Positions 1 to 7,214 of a stretch of 30,476 nucleotides of DNA are shown here, in pieces. The stretch is from IMG/VR virus record IMGVR_UViG_3300032083_000722, positions 1 through 30,476 of that record; one strand, written 5' to 3'. The position numbers and the translations under genes were made by a program. Below the pieces are notes generated by a model that worked only from the letters and a program-made list of their open reading frames with translations, was not told the DNA's origin and did no database searches. The DNA is from a virus (lineage: Duplodnaviria > Caudoviricetes). Positions within the stretch are counted from its first letter, which is position 1; the number at the start of each line of letters is the position of its first letter.

Positions 1-91
1 TGAAAGTATGGTTTTTTATGTTGCTGGATATTGTAATTCTACTTCAGCAATTAATACAGCAAGATTTAAGATGACTTCAGGCAATATAGAT
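1..91 (+). repeat. Terminal direct repeat copy 1 (identical to 30310-30400)
   Basis: Base-by-base identity of 1-91 with 30310-30400; the copies diverge immediately afterwards (TCAGGAGTT vs GCTGGAACA). Confidence 0.97.
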
Positions 92-124
92 TCAGGAGTT
101 ATAAAATTATATGGTATTAGTTAA
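2..124 (+). CDS. Partial 3' end of a tail-fibre-tip paralog, alternative C-terminus
   Basis: Frame 2 reads ESMVFYVAGYCNSTSAINTARFKMTSGNIDSGVIKLYGIS*. It matches the end of 29837..30433 up to SGNID, then has a different but homologous last 10 aa. Confidence 0.85.
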   Translation, partial: ESMVFYVAGYCNSTSAINTARFKMTSGNIDSGVIKLYGIS

Positions 125-186
125 ATACAATAACAATGTACGAAGTATCTTAATTATGATAATAACAAACCAACAAGGAGAACAAT

Positions 187-483
187 ATGCCTAGATATAA
201 AATGGTGAATGGAGAAAGAATCCAATTTACACCAGCAGAAGAAACAGCAAGAGATGTAGAAGAAGCAACTTGGTTAGCTGGTGCTAAAGATAGAGCTATG
301 GTTAATCTTAGACAAAAAAGAAATGCTTTGTTAAAAGAAACAGACTACTTAGCTTTATCTGATAACACTTTGTCATCTGATATGACTACTTATAGAACAG
401 CATTAAGAGATTTGCCTAGTACAGTAGCTTCTGATGATACTGCTGAAGATGTTGATTCAATTACGTTTCCAACAAAACCTTAA
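187..483 (+). CDS. Tail fibre assembly chaperone
   Basis: LRQKRNALLKETDY...YRTALRDLP...FPTKP pattern typical of fibre chaperones; AAGGAG RBS; follows the fibre genes on the circular map. Confidence 0.8.
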   Translation: MPRYKMVNGERIQFTPAEETARDVEEATWLAGAKDRAMVNLRQKRNALLKETDYLALSDNTLSSDMTTYRTALRDLPSTVASDDTAEDVDSITFPTKP

Positions 484-494
484 AATTTTTTTAT

Positions 495-983
495 ATGCAA
501 CTTTCAAAACACTTTAAGCTTATAGAGTTCACAAAGTCTATGACAGCTGTCCGTAAGGGTATTAAGAACGAACCTAGTAGTGGAGAAATAAAAAACATAA
601 CAGATTTATGTTATGGAGTTCTTGAACCTGTAAGAGCAAAGTTTGATAAACCTATTATTATAACATCAGGGTATAGATCAAAAGAGTTGTGTCTTGCCAT
701 AGGTAGTTCAGAAAATTCACAACATACTTGTATTAATGGTTCTTCGGCAGTTGATTTTGAAATAGCTGGAATTTCTAATTTACAAGTAGCTTTATGGATT
801 GAAAACAACTGCGACTTTGACCAACTGATTTTAGAATTTTGGACAGGAGAAGCAAACTCAGGGTGGATACACGCAAGTTTTTCTGAGGGAAGTAATAGAA
901 AACAAGTATTAACATTTGACGGAAAAACATATACAAACGGATTACCTGAAGCAAAATGGTCAGGTGGAGTATTAACTAACTAA
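495..983 (+). CDS. Peptidase M15A family endolysin (Zn peptidase)
   Basis: LSKHF start, ITSGYRS, SQH-x-AVDF and GWIH motifs supplying the H/D/H zinc ligands. Confidence 0.85.
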   Translation: MQLSKHFKLIEFTKSMTAVRKGIKNEPSSGEIKNITDLCYGVLEPVRAKFDKPIIITSGYRSKELCLAIGSSENSQHTCINGSSAVDFEIAGISNLQVALWIENNCDFDQLILEFWTGEANSGWIHASFSEGSNRKQVLTFDGKTYTNGLPEAKWSGGVLTN

Positions 984-993
984 CGGAGAAAAT

Positions 994-1083
994 ATGAAAC
1001 TAACTAAGAAACAAAGAAAATTGCCAAAAGGTTTGCAAATGGCTATTATGAAAAAAAAGAAGAAAACTAAAAAGAGGAAATAA
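994..1083 (+). CDS. 29-aa basic microprotein (not in ORF track)
   Basis: MKLTKKQRKLPKGLQMAIMKKKKKTKKRK*; GGAG RBS just upstream; fills the gap after the endolysin. Confidence 0.7.
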   Translation: MKLTKKQRKLPKGLQMAIMKKKKKTKKRK

Positions 1084-1085
1084 TT

Positions 1086-1148
1086 ATGGCATACGGATAT
1101 TCAAAACCAATGAAAAAGAAAAAAAAGAAAAAGAAAAAGAAGAAGTAA
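1086..1148 (+). CDS. 20-aa poly-lysine micropeptide (not in ORF track)
   Basis: MAYGYSKPM followed by 11 Lys codons; GAGG upstream; its stop overlaps the next ATG (TAATG). Confidence 0.65.
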   Translation: MAYGYSKPMKKKKKKKKKKK

Positions 1149-1330
1149 TGGTAAAAGTAGCATCTATAACAGGAATTATTAAAGGTCTTAAACCTAGTCA
1201 ACAAAAGACTATGAAAGCACACGCAAGACATCATAGTTTAAAACATATGAGGTCTATGGCAACAGCATTAAAAAAAGGTGCTACTTTTAAATCAGCACAC
1301 AATAAAGCTATGAGGAATGTAGGAAAATGA
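1148..1330 (+). CDS. Basic His/Lys-rich hypothetical protein
   Basis: 60 aa with no acidic residue; TAATG and ATGA overlaps with both neighbours. Confidence 0.75.
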   Translation: MVKVASITGIIKGLKPSQQKTMKAHARHHSLKHMRSMATALKKGATFKSAHNKAMRNVGK

Positions 1331-1500
1331 AAAGAAGAAAAGTACCTAAAGATAAGAAAAGTAAAATTCCTAAAAAATATTTATCTGGTCTTAAAGGTAA
1401 AAAAAGATCAGCAAGAGTTACACTATTAAACTATATGTCTAAAGCATATAAGTCAGGTGTTAGAATACCAAAATCAATGTTTAAAGCGAGGTCAAAATAA
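1327..1500 (+). CDS. 57-aa basic protein (not in ORF track)
   Basis: MKRRKVPKDKKSKIPKKYLSGLKGKKRSARVTLLNYMSKAYKSGVRIPKSMFKARSK*; ATGA overlap upstream, TAATG overlap downstream. Confidence 0.8.
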   Translation: MKRRKVPKDKKSKIPKKYLSGLKGKKRSARVTLLNYMSKAYKSGVRIPKSMFKARSK

Positions 1501-1748
1501 TGGCAGTAAAAAGAAAAGCTTTATCAAAACAAGTTATCTCAACACTTAGAGCAAAAGCAAAAACAAGAAAAAATATAACTTTAGGCCAATTAAAAAAGGT
1601 TTATCGTAGAGGTCAAGGTGCTTTTTTATCTGCCGGTTCAAGACCTAAGACTTCTATGGCTTCTTGGTCTATGGGTAGAGTAAATTCTTTTATGAGAGGT
1701 TCAAGAAAACACGATCTTGATTTAAGAAGAAAAAGAAAGAAAAAGTAA
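1500..1748 (+). CDS. Basic protein, DUF5824-like
   Basis: LKKVYRRGQGA...RP...W..GRVNSF resembles the DUF5824 core as I recall it; translationally coupled at both ends. Confidence 0.65.
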   Translation: MAVKRKALSKQVISTLRAKAKTRKNITLGQLKKVYRRGQGAFLSAGSRPKTSMASWSMGRVNSFMRGSRKHDLDLRRKRKKK

Positions 1749-1990
1749 TGGCTAGGAGTCCTAAAACAACAGGTGAACATATTGTTAGTTTATACGGACA
1801 CATTAAAGGTTTATCGAGAGAAGTGAATACAATAAAAAATAATCATCTCAAACATATCCATCAAGACATAGATAAAATCCACGACAAGTTAGATCAACGA
1901 TTCGATAATATTACGAATTGGATAATATATGGATTAGGTGCTGTTGCTTTGTTAGTGATTACACAACTACTTTACATTTTATCAAAATAG
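1748..1990 (+). CDS. Small coiled-coil protein with C-terminal TM helix (holin/XhlA-like architecture)
   Basis: Heptad-like N-half, hydrophobic WIIYGLGAVALLVITQLLYIL; lies between endolysin and holin. Confidence 0.6.
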   Translation: MARSPKTTGEHIVSLYGHIKGLSREVNTIKNNHLKHIHQDIDKIHDKLDQRFDNITNWIIYGLGAVALLVITQLLYILSK

Positions 1991-1999
1991 CAGTACAAG
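1971..1999 (+). promoter_or_regulatory. Putative sigma70-type promoter for the metallophosphoesterase
   Basis: TTTACA-N17-TACAAG ending 10 nt before ATG 2010; no SD. Confidence 0.4.
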
Positions 2000-2009
2000 T
2001 AAAAATTGT

Positions 2010-2711
2010 ATGAATCATAAAAGAATATTAGTTATTTCTGATATGCACTTGCCTTATCAACATAAGGACTCAATTACATTTTTAAAAGCAATAAAAAAAG
2101 AATTTAAACCTGATAAGATTGTGAACATTGGAGATTTGTTAGACTTTCACGCAATATCAATGCACGAACACAATCCTGATTTATATTCTGCTGGACACGA
2201 ATTAGATAAAGCAAAAGAATATATTAAAGTATTAGAAGATATTTTTCCTGAAGTAATAGAAGTAGATAGTAACCATAGTAGTCTAGTTTATAGACGAGCA
2301 TTAAAGTATGGAATGTCTAAACAATTCTTAAAACCATACGGAGAGTTTTTAGGAACTAGAAAATGGAAATGGATTGATGATTTAACTCTTACTATGTCTA
2401 ATGGTCAAAGATGTTTCTTTACTCATGGAAGAAGTGCAGATGTATTAAAGGTATCTCAAACTATGGGAATGAATTGTGTTCAAGGACATTATCATACTAA
2501 ATTCTTAATAAGCTATTGGGCAAATCCTGATAATCTATTCTTTGCTATGAATGTAGGTTGTTTAATTAATCAAAAGTCTATGGCTTTTTCTTATGCTAAA
2601 AACTTTAAAACAAGATTCATATTAGGTTGTGGAATAATACTAAATGGAATACCAAGACTACTTCCTATGGTTATTAATAAAAAAGGCGATTGGATTGGTA
2701 AGATAGTATGA
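2010..2711 (+). CDS. Calcineurin-like metallophosphoesterase
   Basis: ISDMH, GDLLD, SNH, THG and GHYH motifs in the canonical order. Confidence 0.88.
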   Translation: MNHKRILVISDMHLPYQHKDSITFLKAIKKEFKPDKIVNIGDLLDFHAISMHEHNPDLYSAGHELDKAKEYIKVLEDIFPEVIEVDSNHSSLVYRRALKYGMSKQFLKPYGEFLGTRKWKWIDDLTLTMSNGQRCFFTHGRSADVLKVSQTMGMNCVQGHYHTKFLISYWANPDNLFFAMNVGCLINQKSMAFSYAKNFKTRFILGCGIILNGIPRLLPMVINKKGDWIGKIV

Positions 2712-2962
2712 AGAAGAAATGCTGTGGAAAGTATGCTTTAAAAGGCGAGAGAGCAACGGAGAAAGCGATTGATAAGCAGATAGGGGGGAAGCATTACAAG
2801 CATTTTACAATTCAACCCATAGAATTTATAACAGCGAATAACCTTGATTTTATACAGGGTAATATTATAAAATACTGTTTGAGGGAAAAAGAAACAGAAA
2901 ACCCTGACGAGAAATGGGATAAAATTATCCATTATTGTCAATTAGCAAAGGAATTAAAATAA
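2708..2962 (+). CDS. DUF3310 / SaV-like protein
   Basis: QIGGKHYK..IQPIEFI....LDFIQGNIIKY signature; ATGA overlap. Confidence 0.75.
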   Translation: MKKKCCGKYALKGERATEKAIDKQIGGKHYKHFTIQPIEFITANNLDFIQGNIIKYCLREKETENPDEKWDKIIHYCQLAKELK

Positions 2963-3339
2963 TGTGGTTTAGTGCAATCAAATTAGCCGTTTCCGCTGGA
3001 AGTAAAATTTATGCTAACAAGCAACGTGCTAAAGTTGCTATGTCTGAAGCACAATTACTACATGCAGAAAAACAAAGTCGTGGAGAAGAATCATATCAAG
3101 GTAAATTATTAGAAGCTAGACAAAACGATTATAAAGACGAATTTGTGCTTATCATATTGTCTGCACCGATTATTGTATTAGCTTGGGCAGTATTTTCTGA
3201 TGACCCAGCTATGATGGATAAGATAGAATTATTCTTTCATCACTTTGGTAATCTTCCTGTATGGTTTCAGACTTTATGGATTACAGTAGTAGCAAGTATC
3301 TTTGGTATAAAAGGCACACAAATATTTCGTAAAAAGTAA
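2962..3339 (+). CDS. Putative holin (3TM type)
   Basis: Two clear TM segments after KDE, ending ASIFGIKG plus basic tail. Start moved to ATG 2962 (TAATG coupling). Confidence 0.6.
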   Translation: MWFSAIKLAVSAGSKIYANKQRAKVAMSEAQLLHAEKQSRGEESYQGKLLEARQNDYKDEFVLIILSAPIIVLAWAVFSDDPAMMDKIELFFHHFGNLPVWFQTLWITVVASIFGIKGTQIFRKK

Positions 3340-3368
3340 TTTAACTTAATCTCAAATACATATATTGT
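3340..3368 (+). promoter_or_regulatory. Putative promoter, probably leaderless transcript
   Basis: TTTAAC-N17-TATTGT, 5 nt before ATG 3374. Confidence 0.4.
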
Positions 3369-3373
3369 AAGGT

Positions 3374-3613
3374 ATGAAGTACGAAATAGATTATGTCATT
3401 ACAGAACTAAGTATAGATTTATTAACTGATAATAATAATATTGGTAAAGCTTCATTTATATTTATAGATCAGACTCCACACTTTCCAAAAGTACAAAGCT
3501 ATTTAGATAGAATTGATGAGAGGGAAGATGCTTATATTAAGCATTATAGTATAAGCACCATTGAAATAGATGAAACAACTGACATAAGCCAATTAGAAGT
3601 TATTAAGCACTAA
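3374..3613 (+). CDS. Acidic hypothetical protein
   Basis: 79-aa ORF with its own candidate promoter; last + strand gene before the convergent operon. Confidence 0.6.
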   Translation: MKYEIDYVITELSIDLLTDNNNIGKASFIFIDQTPHFPKVQSYLDRIDEREDAYIKHYSISTIEIDETTDISQLEVIKH

Positions 3614-3752
3614 ATAAAAGATACATATAAAAGCCCATAGCAACTGCCACAGTAAGATAAGCTAGGGTCTTGGCTATAACACTTAACCAATTAATTTTAT
3701 CTTCTTTAAACTTCTGATAGTTGCCTTGATTGTCTAAATAAAGTTTTGTCAT
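3603..3752 (-). CDS. 49-aa single-TM membrane protein (not in ORF track)
   Basis: MTKLYLDNQGNYQKFKEDKINWLSVIAKTLAYLTVAVAMGFYMYLLFSA*; GGGAGAG RBS, ATGA overlap with the upstream gene. Confidence 0.7.
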   Translation of the reverse strand: MTKLYLDNQGNYQKFKEDKINWLSVIAKTLAYLTVAVAMGFYMYLLFSA

Positions 3753-4108
3753 TTTCTCTCCCTAGCTACAAACGATAGTTCTCTTTTTAACTCACTTTGT
3801 AATAAAGAGATTTCTGTTTGTTTATTGTTGTAGTTGGTTTTAGATTGTAAGTAAAAAGTTTCTGCTTCTACTAAACATAGCTTCTTGGCCTTATAATCCT
3901 CATCAACCATTATTAAAGCTTCAATTTCCTTTTGGGTCATCTTTTCGCCTTTTTGCTTATAACCTAAATAAAGTTCTGCGTTTTTTTGTTTAAGGTCTGT
4001 TTCCCTTTTTAACAATGCAGAATACCAAAAGTTATATAGGTCTGAGAACTTTCTTAATTCTTCCATTAGTGCTGGTGTATCTACTTTTAAATAATCTTCC
4101 TTTGACAT
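3749..4108 (-). CDS. Helical hypothetical protein, possibly UvsY-like recombination mediator
   Basis: AAGGAG RBS; LYLGYK...T.KEIEALI..DEDY pattern recalls UvsY-like proteins; downstream of SSB and exonuclease. Confidence 0.5.
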   Translation of the reverse strand: MSKEDYLKVDTPALMEELRKFSDLYNFWYSALLKRETDLKQKNAELYLGYKQKGEKMTQKEIEALIMVDEDYKAKKLCLVEAETFYLQSKTNYNNKQTEISLLQSELKRELSFVARERK

Positions 4109-4120
4109 ATTTTTCTCCTT

Positions 4121-4405
4121 TTATGGGTAATCGTACAAATCTTGAATAAGTTCTTTATTATCCTCATTTGTATCTTTTAATTGTTTATTTTCTTCTTCTA
4201 ACCTAGATAACCTTAGACGAAGTTTTCCATTTATACTTTTATGGGCTTTGTCTATCATTCTAAACCGGTCATTATCATTTATTAATGAGTTGATATGATC
4301 TTTAAGCATTTTATTATTTTTCTCTAATGCTTTTACTTGCATCTCTAGGTCTTGTATTTTCATTTCCAAATCGTTCATACCTCTAAACTCCTTAGTTAGT
4401 TGCAT
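4121..4405 (-). CDS. Coiled-coil hypothetical protein
   Basis: Heptad-rich 94-aa ORF abutting the SSB stop. Confidence 0.7.
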   Translation of the reverse strand: MQLTKEFRGMNDLEMKIQDLEMQVKALEKNNKMLKDHINSLINDNDRFRMIDKAHKSINGKLRLRLSRLEEENKQLKDTNEDNKELIQDLYDYP

Positions 4406-4858
4406 TTAAAATGGAATCTCATCATCAAGATCAGATAACCCAGCAATTTGAGAATTGTCAGGTGCTGATGGTTGTGCCTGAGTCATTGGTTGTTCAGTAT
4501 ATCTTGGAACAGATTGACCAATAGGTTTTATGCCATCAATATTTCTAGGTTTATAAGGTTTAGCCATATAGAAACAAAATGTTTGTTCTGTATCTGCACC
4601 ATATTTAGATTCTTTGGCTTGTTGAATCTTACTAGCAGTTTTAAGTTCATATCCCTCTTTAGCATATTCTTGAACTTGTGGTGTGTTATACCATTCAACT
4701 ATTTGCGAAATTGAATATAATTTTTTTGTTAAACTACACATCAATTTAGACTTACTTGCTGATGCTGAGTATTCATAGCTTGGTGCTTTTTTACCTGTTT
4801 CATATAGTCTTAATGAAAGACCACAAAAAGGTTTTCCGTATTGTTTCTTATCGTACAT
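4406..4858 (-). CDS. ssb: Probable ssDNA-binding protein
   Basis: Q/P-rich linker and C-terminal LDDEIPF tail; adjacent to the exonuclease. Confidence 0.6.
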   Translation of the reverse strand: MYDKKQYGKPFCGLSLRLYETGKKAPSYEYSASASKSKLMCSLTKKLYSISQIVEWYNTPQVQEYAKEGYELKTASKIQQAKESKYGADTEQTFCFYMAKPYKPRNIDGIKPIGQSVPRYTEQPMTQAQPSAPDNSQIAGLSDLDDEIPF

Positions 4859-5624
4859 TTTTTTTCCTTTTGGTTTGCGTTGACTTTAACTTTCTCATTT
4901 GTTCTTTAAAAAGCAGTTCTGATTTATGACAATGTAATAAACCTAAAAATGCTTTCATATGGTCTGCCTTATATAATATCTGCCTAGCTTCAAATGGTTC
5001 ATTTGTTTTAGGCAATCTTACTATATACATCTTATCGATTTTTTTACCTGTTTGGGCTTCATAGGCCAAGCGATAACCGTGTAATTGCAAAACCATATTT
5101 ATAAACAATCCTTTAGATGTCTTTACATCTATTAACCATAGATTGCCTTTTCCGTCTTTAGCAATTAAATCTAAAGTTCCACAATATCCTCTTTCAGAAT
5201 AAAGTATCTTTTCAGACTCAACTACTTTTAGCTTATGTTTCTTCCAAAACTTTTGGAACTCCATAAAGCAATTTGCTACAACAGGATTATCAGGTTTAGT
5301 TACCTTTTCACCTTTTAACCATAGTTCAACAAGCTTATGCACAATACTTCCAATACTTAAAATATTATCATTAGCTTTACGAGCATTAGCCCTAGCATTA
5401 ATGATTATCTTATCTATTGTATCTAGTGCTATACCTTGTTTTTCCATTTCCTGTTTGATTGCATTAACTTGTGTATTAACTTTCCAAGCTTCTAATGCTG
5501 GACTTGCTAACTTACCAAGAAGTGTACTCATACCAACTACATATTCTCCATTATGAATATAAACGTGTTTATTATCATCAAATGTAACTGTATGTCCGTG
5601 TTCTAACTTAACTGTTTTAGTCAT
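4848..5624 (-). CDS. PD-(D/E)XK exonuclease (YqaJ/Cas4-like)
   Basis: GSIVH, ESE, GTLD, IDVKT and LQLHGY motifs. Start set at ATG 5624 (GGGAGAG RBS). Confidence 0.85.
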   Translation of the reverse strand: MTKTVKLEHGHTVTFDDNKHVYIHNGEYVVGMSTLLGKLASPALEAWKVNTQVNAIKQEMEKQGIALDTIDKIIINARANARKANDNILSIGSIVHKLVELWLKGEKVTKPDNPVVANCFMEFQKFWKKHKLKVVESEKILYSERGYCGTLDLIAKDGKGNLWLIDVKTSKGLFINMVLQLHGYRLAYEAQTGKKIDKMYIVRLPKTNEPFEARQILYKADHMKAFLGLLHCHKSELLFKEQMRKLKSTQTKRKKNVR

Positions 5625-5970
5625 TTGCTCTCCCATTCATATATATTTTCTTATCTAAAGCATCAAGTGGTCTAAAGAAATAAGACCAATCGGTGTTAGT
5701 AGCTTCACAGAATATCTTTAATTTAGATAAAGGTATTGCGTTAGCTGACTTCTCATATTTTTGTATTTGTTGAAAAGTAACTCTTAACTTATTAGCTACT
5801 CTTGTTTGAGTATATCCTATCTCTAATCTTCTTTGTCTTAGTCTAATTCCTATATACTCATAGAACTTAGACTCCTGTTCTTTTTGACTAGCACCATTCA
5901 TAGTAGCTAGACAATTTCTTAATCGTTGTTTTATCAACGAGATATTACGGACTTGTGAGTCTGTGATCAT
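5617..5970 (-). CDS. XRE-family HTH transcriptional regulator
   Basis: IGIRLRQRR...TQ..VA..L.VTFQQIQKYEK HTH, a motif common in alphaproteobacterial XRE proteins; GAGGAG RBS. Confidence 0.88.
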   Translation of the reverse strand: MITDSQVRNISLIKQRLRNCLATMNGASQKEQESKFYEYIGIRLRQRRLEIGYTQTRVANKLRVTFQQIQKYEKSANAIPLSKLKIFCEATNTDWSYFFRPLDALDKKIYMNGRAND

Positions 5971-6152
5971 TTTATCTCCTCGTAGTTATGCTTATTATTA
6001 AGTTTCTCTAAACGATTTAACTGTCTAAATACTTTTTTTTCTTGATTATCAATATCAAAATTATAGACATTAAGATCAAAGTTTAATCGTGTGCTTTCGT
6101 GTTCCCATTTTTCTTTTAAATATAAATACTTATATTTTTTAGTTAATGACAC
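5967..6152 (-). CDS. Hypothetical protein
   Basis: GGGAGAGG RBS; overlaps both neighbours in the operon. Confidence 0.65.
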   Translation of the reverse strand: MSLTKKYKYLYLKEKWEHESTRLNFDLNVYNFDIDNQEKKVFRQLNRLEKLNNKHNYEEIK

Positions 6153-6420
6153 TATGACCTCTCCCTGTTAGACATTGTTTATAATAAGCTTGGTATCTAG
6201 TTTCCATCTTTGGACTAAATATCCAATAAGTTACATTAGACATTTTCGTTGTATTGTTTTTTGCGAATTGCGAACATAACATTTTATCATTAGTTATATT
6301 CTTAGCTTGGCTTTCATTAAAAGTACCTGATTGACCATTTGAGTCAATTAGTGGTTTGTAACTAGCACACCCTTGAAGTAGAGTGATAGATAGCCCTATT
6401 AACATTATCATTTTTCTCAT
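6139..6420 (-). CDS. Small lipoprotein
   Basis: Basic N-terminus, hydrophobic stretch, lipobox LQGC; two further Cys, C-terminal CLTGRGH. Confidence 0.75.
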   Translation of the reverse strand: MRKMIMLIGLSITLLQGCASYKPLIDSNGQSGTFNESQAKNITNDKMLCSQFAKNNTTKMSNVTYWIFSPKMETRYQAYYKQCLTGRGHSVIN

Positions 6421-6439
6421 TTTATATCCCCTTAGTTAC

Positions 6440-6589
6440 TTATGCAGTAGTATGATATTTTAAATTATGAATCTTCCAAGCTTTCATTCTTTTTTTCTCT
6501 TTAAGAAGTACAGCTTTTCTTTCAAGTTTTCTTTGTTTTTCAAAGTCCTTGAAATAAGATTCTTCTAATTTAACCAATCTTTTCTCCAT
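6440..6589 (-). CDS. Small basic hypothetical protein
   Basis: MEKRLVKLEESYFKD...; start set at ATG 6589 to avoid a long overlap with the upstream gene. Confidence 0.55.
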   Translation of the reverse strand: MEKRLVKLEESYFKDFEKQRKLERKAVLLKEKKRMKAWKIHNLKYHTTA

Positions 6590-6779
6590 TAGATTTACCT
6601 TGTTGCTTGTTAATAAAATCTGCTTTTTCTTGCAGATGTTTTTCAACGTGAGTACCTAGTGTATTCACATTTGAAACTTCTTTACCAATATCAAAGATAA
6701 AAGTTTCTTTGGTATTAAATACTCTACCAAACTTTTTAGATAACTCTTTTGATACTGATGAACCTTTAGGTATTTTCAT
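6570..6779 (-). CDS. Hypothetical protein
   Basis: GAGGAG RBS; TAATG coupling to the upstream gene. Confidence 0.7.
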   Translation of the reverse strand: MKIPKGSSVSKELSKKFGRVFNTKETFIFDIGKEVSNVNTLGTHVEKHLQEKADFINKQQGKSNGEKIG

Positions 6780-7042
6780 TATGCTAACTCCTCTATTTCT
6801 ACTAAATTTAATTTATCTAAATCTTTTTGCATAAGACCATAAAATATATTTTTATTTTCTTTTTGTTTATAAAAAGCATCTGGGCTTAAATCTAAAACAA
6901 CACCTTTTTCTAAAATCCTTACACTTAAAGCACAAGTTTTAGAACCTGACCCTGTAATATAATATCTTTTGTTATTTAATTTTGACTTATACATTGAACC
7001 AACTTTATATCTTGGTGTCCAATTATAATTACCTTTTTTCAT
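6779..7042 (-). CDS. First gene of the leftward operon, hypothetical
   Basis: Start set at ATG 7042 (MKKGNYNW) behind CAGGGAGAG and downstream of the leftward promoter. Confidence 0.65.
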   Translation of the reverse strand: MKKGNYNWTPRYKVGSMYKSKLNNKRYYITGSGSKTCALSVRILEKGVVLDLSPDAFYKQKENKNIFYGLMQKDLDKLNLVEIEELA

Positions 7043-7090
7043 TATGCTCTCTCCCTGTTTTATGTTTGCGTTTATATTTAACATACGAAT

Positions 7091-7118
7091 AAAGTATCAT
7101 TTCTAGGTTGTAAGTCAA
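7091..7118 (-). promoter_or_regulatory. Leftward sigma70-type promoter
   Basis: Minus strand TTGACT-N16-TACTTT with an extended TGn before the -10. Confidence 0.55.
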
Positions 7119-7182
7119 TACATCAAAAACCCTAATAAAATAGCCATTTTTTATAATAATAACACCTAACACTATAAAAAAC

Positions 7183-7210
7183 TTGCAAACAAAAAACAAA
7201 TCAGTATAAA
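7183..7210 (+). promoter_or_regulatory. Rightward sigma70-type promoter
   Basis: TTGCAA-N16-TATAAA in the divergent intergenic region. Confidence 0.5.
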
Positions 7211-7214
7211 TTTG

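Noticed and set aside
4472-4714. 80-aa plus-strand ORF
   Set aside because: Antisense shadow within the SSB gene.
4848-5624. Cas4 / CRISPR association
   Set aside because: No Fe-S cysteine set, no cas neighbours and no repeat-spacer array seen in the window.
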